Notes: a model not told the origin generated them from the letters alone. Positions 1 through 12,615 are shown, counted from the whole stretch's first letter. The stretch: DNA of 58,027 nt, filler included, from Sluysia triapertura (GCA_046118255.1; 5 parts of 5 records of this genome joined end to end with filler, not necessarily neighbours in it); one strand, 5' to 3'. A program made the numbers and translations.

Positions 1-30
1 AATCAAATTAAAATTTTTGATTATTGATTT

Positions 31-128
31 CAAATCCAACGGTTGGCCATTAAGTTTGTAAGTCCAATACGTTGGTGGACTCACTCATTTTGAAATTAAG
101 TTAATTTATTCTATACATTTTCTTGCAG
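31..128 (+). repeat. Motif A (hairpin plus mini-intron), copy 1
   Basis: CCAACG..GTAAGT..CGTTGG..ACTCAC..TTTTCTTGCAG; other copies at 35465 and 52251. Confidence 0.8.
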
Positions 129-832
129 AAATTATCTTCACTATCATCACGAGTCTGATAAGACTTTACATAGCTTAATAAGAATCTGACAGATATCTTT
201 TAAAAATGACATAAAATTTTAAACTTTATTTTATTGTTTTGTTTCTTTGTTATTTTTTGGCAATGCAATTTAAGTTCTAATTTCTGTTTAATTATTGAGT
301 CTGAAATGTTTTATCAATATATTAATTCCTAACGTTTTTGTGTACTATTTTATAAGTAGACATACAGTCACATAGCAAACATCCAATGAAATGTGAATTG
401 GCAGTGAGGTTGCAAATTCACATTCGATTGGATTTTGGTGGCATTCATATTATTTTGATAGCCATTTTCTTATAAGTAATTATTATTATTGTTATTTGTT
501 ATTATTATTACATTCGTTTAATTAAAAATGAAAAATATGCATAAATTTCTTTTTCTTTTAACATAATCTTTATGTCTTTAAATTTTTTTCAATAATCTTT
601 TATAAAAATCAGCTCAATTTGATGTTTTATTTTAATGTTTTGATTCTACTAATAGTTTTGGAACTATTTAACTCATCTATTTAACTTGTTTTCGTCTATC
701 AAAATTTAATGTACAACAATAAATAAATATTCATCTTATCTCAATTCACATTGGTTATCTAAAAATAAATATATTAAATAGATAAAATTATTATCTTACA
801 TCAATATTCTTTTAATATAATAGAAAATTATT

Positions 833-1045
833 GGTTTAGTAAATAACGATTGTTTATTGCCATAAGTACAATTTAAGGCTGTTCAGATCCATTGATTCCA
901 GAAAAATTACATTAATCAACTGAAAATACAAATACACTTAAAATCATTACTACATTTTTGCTGGCTTAAAAAATCATTCTGAAATTCCAATATCACACAT
1001 TCGGTTTTTATCGGTGTTAAAATATTTATTTTATTCATATATTGG
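833..1045 (+). pseudogene. Decayed ORF-X paralog fragment
   Basis: VNNDCLL..GCSDPLIP and HSEIPISHIRFLSVLKYLFY versus VCEEGCFL..GCEELTP and HEHQVTLYLINFKSGVEYTQY. Confidence 0.55.
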
Positions 1046-1321
1046 AAGAGTTTTGTTATTGAATTTTACAAGATTGTTACTATTTTGTTAAAGTAAATTA
1101 ATCACATTGTTGGTAATACATATTTAAAGTGTTTGAGGAATAACTGCTCGACTTACGTGTGAAACAAAATTACTCCTAAAATAGAGGGAAAGACTGACAT
1201 TATTCAAGTCTTTCGAAGTGTAAAGGTTGCAAATAAATATTTTTATTATATTATATTATATATTTTATATTTCTGTATATTTGCATATTTTATATTTTAA
1301 ACTCCAAAATCATATTATTTT

Positions 1322-1840
1322 CGTTGGTCCATAAGGCCAATTATAAAATATAAATCCACTTGACCGAGTCCTATGGCTAGATATTTTACCTAAAAAATCA
1401 AGTATTGTTACTATTATTATTGTTTATATTATTATTGTTGTATAAATTATATTTGTATATTTTATTTTTTATATAATATATAAAATTTAACTTCTATAAC
1501 TTTTGCGTTACGATATAAATCTGTTTGTAACATTATAATACTAAAAAACTTAAATTTAAATTAGTTTCGCATAAAAACACGTTGGTCACCATTGTATACT
1601 GCGTGAATTTAGATAATTTTATATCGATTTTTGGCCATGGTGTCCGTTAAGGCATTATATATAAATTAGTGACTTAGACTTCGTCCTAGTAACATTTAAT
1701 AAAGAAGTGAATCTAAAGACATTAAAGAAACACGTCATTGCACGGATATTTTTTATATCGTTACTCCTTAGCCATCGGTAAGCGGACTCTGTTAATTTAT
1801 TTTGCTGTTAGGTACGTTTTAGATAAAAGAAAAACGTCCA
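1322..1840 (+). repeat. Repeat block B; homologs at 6551-7225, 14065-14155 and 15880-15950
   Basis: Ordered anchors: ttggYc..ggYcaattataaaata, gagtc..ggctaga, cgttggtc, cgatttttg, gttaaggca, gtaa.cggactc, tttagat.aa. Confidence 0.75.
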
Positions 1841-2974
1841 GCAGAAGAAAACTAAAGCCCACTAAAATTGTAACTTTGAATTCAACCAACGATTAAGGTA
1901 ATTCAGATTTGATTAATTAAGAAGGCATAAGTTAAAGAACTATCAAAAGGTATTAAAGATCCTTGTTATTGAAATTATACGCTTCAAAAAGAATATAAAA
2001 CATATTCTGTATGTGGACCCATTTCACTAAATTAAATTTTGCGTGGATTTATTAGAAATAACCAAAATTATTATTATTTACTTTTACCTATTTTTATATT
2101 ATTATTATTTTAAATTATAAAATTATTTTATCGTTTAGATAAAATGTTTGCATTTTGCGATTACAAATTTATTTAAATACAAAAGTCAAATTTGTTTAAA
2201 TAAAGTGAAATAATAATAATATATTTCACTGCGTAAGTACTCAAAAGCGCTTAAGGTAAATCATTCACTATAATATTTCGGAAACAGAAAGAACTCTTTG
2301 CCTTTTTCTTAAATATTTCATAATCTTCAAACAATTTGACATTATCTGGTAACTGGTTGTATATTTTGAGACATAAACAGTATACAACCTATCACCTAGC
2401 TTGTTATCACTGTGGATTCTGTATAGATTATCTTGCCTCAATGAAATATTTATCTTGGTTTCCGATTTTTGTATTATTTCTAAAAAATATTCAGGACTTC
2501 CGTAATGTAAGCATTTGCAAATTATTGTAATGATTTTGAATTTTATTCTAGCTTTTATTGGCTACCAATGTAATTCCTTAAGATAAGGTGTTACATATGA
2601 TCTTCTTCCAACTTAGAGAATTAATCTTGTTGCATGATTAGTAAACAATAATAAAAGAAATTATTATTCTAAATCTAAAATTAAATGTCAGTGACTAAAT
2701 AAAAATAAATATTATAAAACCTTTTGGAATTTTGATTACTATTATCTATTTGTTATAGATAATTCTATAAATGTTTTGACTTCACATTAAAATTGGTAAA
2801 GGTGTAAAATTTTATTTTTATTTTTGTTTTTATATTTTATATTTTATTGTAAAAATTGTAAATTATTTTAAAAAAGTATTAAAAAATTACAAAAAGATTA
2901 TTAATATTATTTTTCTTTAAAAAATTACCAAAATTATAAATAAATTTTAATTAAAAAAATCTAAATTATCAAAA

Positions 2975-3120
2975 AGAATATTCAAGAACAGAGAATTATT
3001 TTAATGAATTAATTTTAATAAACGTGTCTTTATACGTATAATTATACAAAGACAAACAAAGGATGACAGACGCCATTATTAATTTACCATTTCAATAATG
3101 GTCATTGTGGTGGTACAGCC
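2975..3120 (+). promoter_or_regulatory. Diverged paralog of the 6073 promoter
   Basis: aGAAt-aTTCa-aGAAc at 2975-2989, then tgtct..tata, CGCCATT at 3071 and ggtcRtt..ggt, all aligning with 6100-6235. Confidence 0.5.
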
Positions 3121-3649
3121 TCATAGATTACATACACTACCCTTACTTTAATCAAAAATCACACTAAAATAAAGTACATTTGTAATCTTTACACTATTAC
3201 ACCTTGCATCATTAACAAAACATAGACGTATAATAAACTCTAACATTTTTTTAATATTCTGTTTATTGATATTGAAGTAACAATTGTTGTCACGTCATCA
3301 CTACGTCAACATCACTCTTTTAGTGTATCCTTTTATACAGAATTATTGTAAATGCTTTATACATCGTGTAATATTTTATATCTAAGATTTATGCAGTACT
3401 TTCATAAAGACATTTCAAGCAACTTCTTTCTCAAATGATCTTTCGTCGCATGTTTACATAAAGAATAAAAAGTATTAACAGATTTCCGAATGTCTTCACT
3501 GAAAATGCTGTTTTAAACCATTGATATATTTTATTTGGCAATAATTAAATGATCAATGTTTATTGTTGAATCGAAAACATGACTATTTTTACTGTAATAA
3601 AATAATGTTTTTTTCGTTTTAATATTCGTAGTTTAGCTTTCCACATTTT

Positions 3650-5229
3650 TTGATTAGACATGAGCAAGCGAAAGTTAAAATTAACGTAACTGATCAGTTT
3701 GTGAGATCAGTGAAAAATCAAGGCGAGAGTGAATTTAACAATTTTGATGTACCTGAATATTGTAAAAACAGCGAAGGATACAATTACATGCAACATTTAG
3801 TCAGTATGAAAGATTTTAAAAATCCAAACTTTGAGTTACCGGTAATTGATTTTCTCAAAGAATCTGATCGAAAATTCAATTTTATTTATGTTCAACATCA
3901 AATGAACAGTGCTAGTTTAGAAGTATTATATCGTAATGTGACTCGGTCATTTCAAATAACTATGGGGATAATTATAAGATATCGATAATATTACATAATT
4001 CAGATCAATTGAACAAAGAATTATTCTTAATAAATCAAATTCCACAATTTGAAATAATTTCTGAGACAGTAAGCACATTCGAATCATTATTTTCTGAGAA
4101 ATGCTTGCATGATGATGTTGTTGATGGAAGACAATCGACCATTAAAAATTGTAAATCGAAACAAGATTTGGATTATGAGCAGTGTTGTCCAAATTGTGTT
4201 TGGAGATTGTGTTTAGTTGGATGTTTAAATGATTATTTAAATTCAAATTTGCAAGCGGAAATATTAGAAATTCAACATGAGGTTTATGTATTCTTGCAGA
4301 ATCGTAATTATGAATATCCTATTAAACAAAGACAAAGTTTTAGAAATCAACGAAGCTTAAAAATTGGTCAAGTCTTAACCTTGATGGTTTAAATGGTAGA
4401 ATTAATTACCACTTGTCCACTACTGAACAGCAACGAGAAACTATACGAGATTTTAGAATTTCGATTGATAAATTTCCAGGAAACATTTAGTTATATTTAT
4501 TGGGAACTTATTTTAATAGATTATTAGAGTCAAGTAAAGTGAGACGGGCCCACGAAATATTTGTTAGATACGATAAGTGAAATATCGGATCAAGCTTTAA
4601 AGCATTTGACTGAGAATACTGATTTATGCAAAGAGTTTGAAATTCAAATACATAATAACATGTTAATTATGTCTAAAGTATGCGAAGAAGGCTGCTTTTT
4701 AACAAGTTTATTTGATCCGGGTTGTGAAGAATTAACTCCTGTTGATACTCGGAAACAAAATAATGCAGATGTAATGCTTGTGCCGTCTAAATATCACGAA
4801 CATCAGGTTACTCTTTATTTGATTAATTTTAAATCCGGTGTTGAATATACCCAATACGTGAGAGTTGAATTTACCACAAAAGATATCGTCACAACTATAA
4901 AATTTAAAGTTAAAGACAAACTTATTAGTGATAAATGTTTGTTTATAGTTTTATTTAATATATCAAATTGTCATTACGTATCAACAATAATCATCGTTTT
5001 TAATAATATAACTAATTCGTGTTATTCTTATTTTATTCGCCCTCTGAGGCACATACTAATTGTTATTAAGTGCCTTAAGCACAAAATCGTAGACACAAAC
5101 TGTAAATGTGAACCTAAATTTTGTAAATTTCATAAAATCTTTTTAAATTTTAGACGAGATATTCTAATAAAACATAATAATAATGAACATTACATAACAA
5201 ATGTAATATCAAAATTATTTCAAAATTAA
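3650..5229 (+). pseudogene. Fragmented unknown Cys/His-containing ORF ('ORF-X'), best-preserved copy
   Basis: Three consecutive long + strand ORFs in very AT-rich DNA; motifs recur in decayed paralogs at ~833-1045, ~12510-12615 and ~17380-17860. Confidence 0.65.
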
Positions 5230-6072
5230 AAGCATTATAATCGGAAAACATCATATTAAAATAAGATTGAATATTTATTATATACAATCAAAATTTAATA
5301 GCAAGCCCAGATAACAGTAATAATTATAATGATTACTGAATTATTATCATTATTAAAATTATTATTATTATTATGATTATTATTATTATGATTATTATTA
5401 TGATTATTATTATTATCATTATCATTATTATATTATTATTATTATTGTGAATTTATAAATTGCATGTACAAAATTATTATCTAAGATATTACGAAATAAA
5501 TTACATTCTAAATGACATATATTACAAATAGTACACGTACTGAATTTTTCAAAATATAGTCACACAATATATTGGGAGAAAATTAAAATTTTTGAATAAT
5601 AACCGATTGAATCTTCTCGAGTAAAAAATCAAAATAGAAGGCAAATATTTGAATTGTAACTATCTATCGTACATTGATTATTGAACTGTTCCTCTGGTAA
5701 CAATCCTCGTAGCGAAATTAACATCAGAACAATTTTCATTGTGGATATAATTGCAGTTTTTATTGACCAGGTAACACTTATTTTGTTTATCTGAGTTTTC
5801 TAAACATTCTAACTATACTATTTAAATTTACCGTCTTTGTAATTTTATATCATTTATTTATAAATTAAATGTATAAATTCATATAATTTATAAATTAATT
5901 AGAATTGTTTTACTAATAAATTTTTATTGCATATAATATGTGTGTAAAGATGTACAAAAATTTTTATATTTTAATTTCAAAAATTTATTAAATTATTATT
6001 ATTTAAAAATTTCTTATTTTAACTATATTACAATTAAAATTATTATTATTATAAATTAAAAAATAACTAAAA

Positions 6073-6201
6073 GGAAACTTCTCGAAAGAAGTTTGTTTGA
6101 TTAAATAAAACTTTTAAAAATGTCTATGCATATATAAAGATATACAAAAATAAAGAAGCCATTAGTCAATTCATCACAAAGAAACAATACTACGCCATTT
6201 T
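6073..6201 (+). promoter_or_regulatory. Pol II promoter: HSE, TATA, Inr, YY1-like site
   Basis: gGAAa-cTTCt-cGAAa at 6073-6087; TATATAAA at 6131; ATTAGTC 30 nt downstream at 6161; CGCCATTTT at 6193. Confidence 0.55.
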
Positions 6202-6550
6202 TTAATCACACATTCAATTCGGTCGTTATCGGTAAAAACAACCACTCAACGTCCCTACATCAAATTCTTTTCGAGGACTCCAGCAATTTTCAAATTCATA
6301 CTTCAATCGACGATATCGTGTCCCGCGTCTACGATTAGAGGGAATGATTTTTCATTCTCAAGAAATCAATTCTTTCGAAAGGAATGACAATCGGAGATCA
6401 CCAGCATTTATTATTAATTAATTCGTAAGTTTGTACTAAATAGTTTGTAAACTCACAATAAGATAAAATCTAGACTTAAACTATTATTTTTCACGGTTGG
6501 TCATTAAAGCCAATCACAAAATCAATTCAAAATATAAATTCATTACATTT

Positions 6551-7225
6551 TAGTTGGCCCTTCAGGTCAATTATAAAATAATTATCACAAGGTAGAGTCT
6601 ATCGGCTAGACCTTTACTATAATTTAACTATTATCTTTATTAAAATTTATTATTTTGGTGTTATAGATAATCATATTTGTCGAATTTTACAAATTTATAA
6701 TAATTTTATCTTATTTTTGTGAAATAAAAATATTAGAAGACTTCCGAATTCCTTTTTTATAATTATCCTAATGTTAACGTTTAACCTAAATTAAGTTTAT
6801 AGTCATTTTACTTTACGAATAATTCATAATTAATATATATTTTTTACATCGAAAAATTACGTTGATTCCGATATTGTTTCATTAAATTTTAATAAGAACT
6901 AGAAAATTCTAACGGTCATTATATTAGGGTTTGGAGATATAAAAAACGTTACATTGTTATACCATTATTATTCACTTGTTTTTTATATTAATTCAGATAT
7001 TCCATAAGCTAGCGTTGGTCTTGATTACTTTTAAAGCTATTTAGGTTTAGTTGACATAAACTACGATTTTTGCTCATTATTGTTAAGTTAAGGCAAAGAG
7101 TATTTTTATACGATTAATTTTGATAATTGTTTTACAGATACGCCATTAGTAAGTCGTATACTGTAAACGGACTCAGAATAATTAATTATTTTACTGTAGG
7201 TTAGGTCTTTAGATTAAGAAATTAT
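6551..7225 (+). repeat. Repeat block B, copy 2
   Basis: Same anchors in the same order as 1322-1840. Confidence 0.75.
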
Positions 7226-8186
7226 CAGTGACTCAATCAATAAATTCTTCTATTATCAATCAATAGTAACGTTAACAACGGCAGAATGTATATATTTAAA
7301 AGCAGTGGTTTAAAAAAACACTTTACAAATAAACAATGCTTAAAACAATAATTCAATGATAATAAATTATAATAATAATAATATTTATGAATATTGAGAT
7401 TGCACTTAATATTGATTTCAATATTTTAATTGGATTTTGAAGCTCCCTGTTGTGATTCTCTTTAAAAACCAACAACAATTATGAATTAACTTCCAAATGT
7501 GGAGGGTAGTATTAAATGAAAATATTATAATTTAATATTTTGAAATTTTAATTAAATAATACAAATGAATTAAACAAACGATATTTACAAAAATTAAACA
7601 ATATTTATAATTTTAATGCTATTTCACACTTTCATACTTCTGCATAGCGTTAAAATAGTTGTAAATATTATAAATATTTTAAGTATTATATTAACCCTTC
7701 CATTAAAAAGGTACAAAACTTAACAAAATAAACTTACCTATTGAAATTATGATTAAAAATTGTTGATTGAAAGTTATTGAAATTTTTTAATCTCTTTTGT
7801 AGTACTTTCCATGCAATTAACAATTATTCATTTTAAAATAAGAATTTATTTCCTACGTAATTATTTGTTTCGTAAAGCATTATTTCAATTATTTACTAGA
7901 TAATTAATTGTTTAACTATTTTATAGTTTCACTATATTTATAATTTGTACATAGATTATTTTATTATTATAAATTTTAATTTTAATGTGAAAAGATAAGA
8001 GTTTGTTTGGCACAAAAATCATTTTCTTGGATAATTGTTAATATTAAAACGGAAATTTATATTCAAATTTGATTAATAAAATTTGTCGACATAAAACCGA
8101 CTATCATGCACAATAATTAAGTCTAATTTCTGACTTCCTAGTAATTATTTGTGGTTAGTTGGGTCTTGAGTATTTATTGTTATAAA

Positions 8187-8713
8187 CAGTGGTGGCAAAA
8201 TTATCAGACTAAAACAGGAAAAATGTTTTTCTTTGGTTTTCTTAATATTTGCTACCCTGACCTGTAAACTCTCCATACGTGAATCCCATAGGAAATCTTT
8301 GGGTGATTGTCATGAGGAGAATTTCTACCCATAAACCAAAAACCAGGATGGAACTTACTCAAACCCTGATAAACGTATGGCATTACGATGACGAGACTTT
8401 AAGGATCAGGAAATTATTGGATAACAAAGGAGGGCAAACAAAATAAACTGATACAACAATTTATACATATTTGATTTGTAGTAAATTGTGTCATCACATT
8501 CGACATGAATAAAATTTCTGTATGTTTTGGATCTGAGTATTTTTATCTATTATTTTACTTTCACGAAATTTTTGTATTTTCCAATATTTTACATTTTCCA
8601 TAACAAATATCGGTAAATGGCATGTATTTATACACTTTTGATTAATAGTTTCGTAGTATCCTTGAAAATATCACAAAATGGTTGTCTTTAGTCTAATAAT
8701 TTGGTCACCATTG
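8187..8713 (+). mobile_element. Internally deleted Tc1-like transposon
   Basis: TIRs CAGTGGTGGCAAAATTATCAGACTAAA and rc CAATGGTGACCAAATTATTAGACTAAA; internal PVNSPYVNPIGNLW resembles WPxxSPDLNPIENLW. Confidence 0.85.
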
Positions 8714-9890
8714 TTTATATATGTTTTTTATCTATAAATATAGTTTAGTCTGAGGTTTATATCCCATGACGATACAGCTACAGGTCTTTTCTACTAAATC
8801 AGCTGAAAAGTTATTCGTCCAAAAGCACTGTCTAGCAAATTTATTTGCGGCGAATAGTTCCCCTTAATTTGAACTCTGAACAAATCGTATTTATGAAATA
8901 ATTCTACTCTTAGGGTATTAGTTCCTAACCGTTAAATAATTATTAATGAATAATAAACGACTTATTAAGGTTTATTAAACAAGTAAATAAAATAAAATAA
9001 AATATATATAAAATAAGAATGAGCATCTTAATCGAAGTTATTTTGATTTTAAATTTAATTTAAACCAGTATTAATTGTTGATTTTAAAAAGTTCGAGATT
9101 TTAAGTAAGATTTTAAGTCTAAAAACATAATAAAGAAAGCCTTAAGAGTAAAAAAACTTACGACTTCATGGAATATGATTGTATAAAATAAAATTTCGGT
9201 TAGTGTCGGCAATTGAAAATATCTTATTTCTTCGAATAATTAGTTTAAGAGATTAGAAATTCCGATGACGTTATTGAAAATCCTTTGCTAAGATAAGTTT
9301 TTTAACTTTTTGGAACAATAAACTTTATTTTGTTAAATCCTTTTATACATATAAAATCATAGAACTTTATTTCTTGTAATTAAAAGATTGTATAATTTTC
9401 TTTTGTAATGAAGCTTAAAATTTTTTATTACTTTACTTTCACAATTTTGATTTTAATTTGTTAAAGGAAATTTTTAAAACAACTATTTTTAAATTTTAAT
9501 TATTTTATTTTTTATATATTTTTCTAATAATTTAAAAAGATCAATAATTTTTATTAATAATATATATATATATATATATATGAAATTTTTAACAAGGTCA
9601 ATGTTCTTTTTTCTCCAGAATCATCGTATGAACTAGTATTCTAGTAATGTGTCACTGCGACTGACAGAAACAAAAACAAAATAATGCTGTTATTTTTTAT
9701 TATTATTATATTATCAACCTTATAATTATATTATTCTACCTTTATGTATTATAGGATTGTGCAAGTCTATATACTCATCGAAATAATTTTTTTAATACAT
9801 AAAACTTGACAGTAGTATTAGAAATATGAAAGAATATATTTAATTTTCTCATCTTCTTGCTCTCTCTGTCCACATTCTCATGTTTTTATA

Positions 9891-10305
9891 TGTTGGGATA
9901 AAAGGCCTAAAAAGTGCCAAGTAGTATAATTGAATATATTAAAAATGAAATTGTTAGACGGGGCTGATTGCTCACTGGTAGAGCATCGACTGCGCAGACG
10001 ATGGTCCCGTGTTCGATTCCCAATCAGTTCATTTTACGAAGTCTAACACATATATTAGAAAGTTGATTTAGTTTCATTGAATTTAGATTGAGATAGTTAA
10101 TAAGTAAAAAATAATTTGTACTAAGAGAATAGTAGACCCTCTATTAATTTTTGAATTGTGCATCAAGACTAAGATTGTCTTTTCGTAGTATTGACATATT
10201 ACTTCTATAACTAAGTCTTCCGTGAGATATAAAACTTAGATTATAGGCGAACCCAGTAAGATAATTATAATTGTCCAGTAAGAATTTTAATAAAATAACC
10301 GAACA
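9891..10305 (+). mobile_element. 5' LTR of a Ty3/Gypsy element containing a tRNA-like module
   Basis: Termini TGTTGGG...CCGAACA (imperfect inverted repeat), AATAAA at 10289, immediately followed by PBS and gag. Confidence 0.7.
9961..10031 (+). ncRNA. tRNA-like (pseudo-tRNA) Pol III module, copy 1
   Basis: Acceptor stem GGGCTGA/TCAGTTC, D arm GCTC-ACTGGTA-GAGC, B box GTTCGATTCC, followed by TTTT. The anticodon arm is irregular. Confidence 0.75.
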
Positions 10306-10311
10306 ATTATT

Positions 10312-10329
10312 TGGCGCCCGAATTGGGAC
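10312..10329 (+). promoter_or_regulatory. Primer-binding site, tRNA-Lys(UUU) type
   Basis: TGGCGCCCGAATTGGGAC matches the canonical TGGCGCCCGAACAGGGAC at 16 of 18 positions. Confidence 0.9.
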
Positions 10330-10477
10330 GAATCTATAACGATTGACGTAATAATTGACATTGATATTAACTTTTAACGTTTAAGTAGCTAAACTATTTA
10401 GGTTTAAGCATTTTTATCGCTGGATTTTTTGTAGTTTTTTAAGGATAGATATAAACGACAAAGAAAATAGAAGCGGA

Positions 10478-11056
10478 ATGCGCAGAATTAATTCTTTAGA
10501 AAATATTAAAATAAGTAGAACTAGGAAAACTAGGCAATATAAACCAAATATGGAACAAACAGCAGAAGGTTTAAGGGATTGCATTAAGCACTTATCAGTA
10601 AATATGAAACCTGCTGTTATTCTCCCAGAAATGAGGAAATTTAGTGGAAATGAAGAAGAATTATGCGATTTTCTTTATGAATATGACAGCGTTGCAGTGA
10701 ACGGCTGGTCAGAGATAGATAAAATTAAAAGAATTCAAAATTATTTGACAGGCGTCGCTATCCAGACGTACAAAGAAATTGAACCAGAGAAGAAACAAGA
10801 TTGGATTACATTTTAAAATACGTTTACAGAAGAAATTGCTTTAGATGACAGGTAAATATCATCTTAGAATGTTAAGTACTAGGAGACAAAGAGAAGATGA
10901 AACTGTTTATGAATTTGCTTGCGCGTTAAAGTGTTTAGTAATAAGGGCTAAAACATCTAATGATAAGATGGAAGCAACGTTAATAGATAAACTTAAGAAT
11001 GGTTTACGACCCGAATTACAAGTATTTGTAAGTTTAATAGATAATAAACCGTTTAA
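10478..11056 (+). pseudogene. gag: Ty3/Gypsy gag (stop plus frameshift at ~10816-10845; truncated by gap)
   Basis: FSG..E..DFL..Y...A..NGWS...K...L.G.A and RQREDETVYEF...L...LIDKLKNGL.P retrotransposon Gag motifs, downstream of the PBS. Confidence 0.88.
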
Positions 11057-11156
11057 NNNNNNNNNNNNNNNNNNNNNNNNNNNNNNNNNNNNNNNNNNNN
11101 TTAATTAATTAANNNNNNNNNNNNNNNNNNNNNNNNNNNNNNNNNNNNNNNNNNNN
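11057..11156. other. Assembly gap spacer (also 21964-22063, 34996-35095, 46781-46880)
   Basis: N44-TTAATTAATTAA-N44, a six-frame-stop linker. Confidence 0.97.
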
Positions 11157-11192
11157 CTTTCGCGGTAGATATTAGCGCAATATAAATTAATA

Positions 11193-11233
<41 letters not shown>

Positions 11234-12509
11234 GCGAAATAATTTATTAATTATATTATTGAATGAATTATAAAATTAACTATCAACAATATTAAAATTA
11301 ACTAATATAGGTTCATTGGAAAATATATTTTACTATTACAAAATTAATAAAATTACTACATAATTCAGTACTCATTGAATGATATCTACAAATTTCAAGC
11401 ATACGTCGTATTAGCGGCATATATTATTATTATTATTTTCAAACATTCATTATTCATTAAATTTTTGCATTAATTTACAGCATAGTTGAAGTGCATTCCA
11501 TTAATTTATTTTTTTACAACCACTCATTTGGTGACAAACAATATTCAACATTCTTCTAAAAGAGATTATTTATTCAGCATACAACATTTTATATTACTAT
11601 AAGCAAATATTTCATTAACACTTATTAATAATTAAATTCATTCATTAATATTAAATTCATGTATTAACAGAATTAAAATTTATCATTTACAAATTTCGGA
11701 TAATTATTCATTTATATTTATATGGAAGCATTCATTTAGATTTGTATTAGCTCATCAAGATTTAAATTTATATCGGCTCATCACGATTTAACATTTATCA
11801 CTTACATCGCCGCACTCATCATTCTCGCATTATTATATTCATTGTACATGAAAAGTTAAATAAATTACAATTAGTCAAATCAATATTGCAGGAAAAAATT
11901 AGTGCATAGAAGAAATTGACTATACTATTACTAAAATACAAACATTAAAATAATGTGATTTTAATTATAGAAAGAAATTGGCGATAAAATAGAAATTAAT
12001 TTAAAAGATGTCTTAACTAAAAAAAGAAAATTAAAAATTTAATGGCATAATTCAATAGTGAAAATATTACATAAAGCGAAGAAAAATTAATTTTGAAATT
12101 TTGTGGACAATTTTGATTTGAACGAAAAATCCGAATTAACAATATTTACAAGCGATATGAAAATGTCGAATTTGCATCTAAAAACTATTCTTTTTCATAC
12201 ATTTGAAATTTACTGTATTTAAACCCTTTATTGATCGGTAAACCGAACCACATTAATAATATTCCGCATTATTAATATTCAGACGAATGCTGATCGGATT
12301 TAAATTACACAATAAAAGAAACACACAGAATATGGAAGGTACTAAGCGATGTGATAATAAAATATCCACTAGAAAGCCAGCGAGTAACATAAAGTATAAG
12401 CCAAAAATGATTTCATCAGTTTACGACAGTTTAGAAACTCTTCATAAATTATTTTAAATACTTTTATTTTAAATTTTATCTGCCACCAAATATGTCCTCA
12501 ATACTAAAC

Positions 12510-12615
12510 CCAATTTACGATCACACTTTGTGAAATCAAATTTGATGACAAATTTACGTTCAACTTTTATTTATCTATCAAGCCAACAAATATAAACATG
12601 AAAAACCTTTCTTAA
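12510..12615 (+). pseudogene. Decayed ORF-X paralog fragment
   Basis: QFTITLCEIKFDDKFTFNFYLSI versus HQVTLYLINFKSGVEYTQYVRV; a short match. Confidence 0.35.

Noticed and set aside
31-84. Motif A, or the 1324/6554 hairpins, as twister, pistol, hammerhead or HDV ribozymes
   Set aside because: Catalytic core consensus elements (CUGAnGA/GAAA, twister UAA and L4 pseudoknots, pistol loop pseudoknot in both copies) could not be found; splice signals explain Motif A better.
9961-10031. Functional tRNA gene (Cys-like or Arg-GCG)
   Set aside because: The anticodon stem is not canonical in either copy, the T stem is broken in copy 1 and the D stem in copy 2, and both lie in repeat context.
11101-11112. 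Repeated TTAATTAATTAA palindrome
   Set aside because: Artificial scaffold linker inside N gaps.
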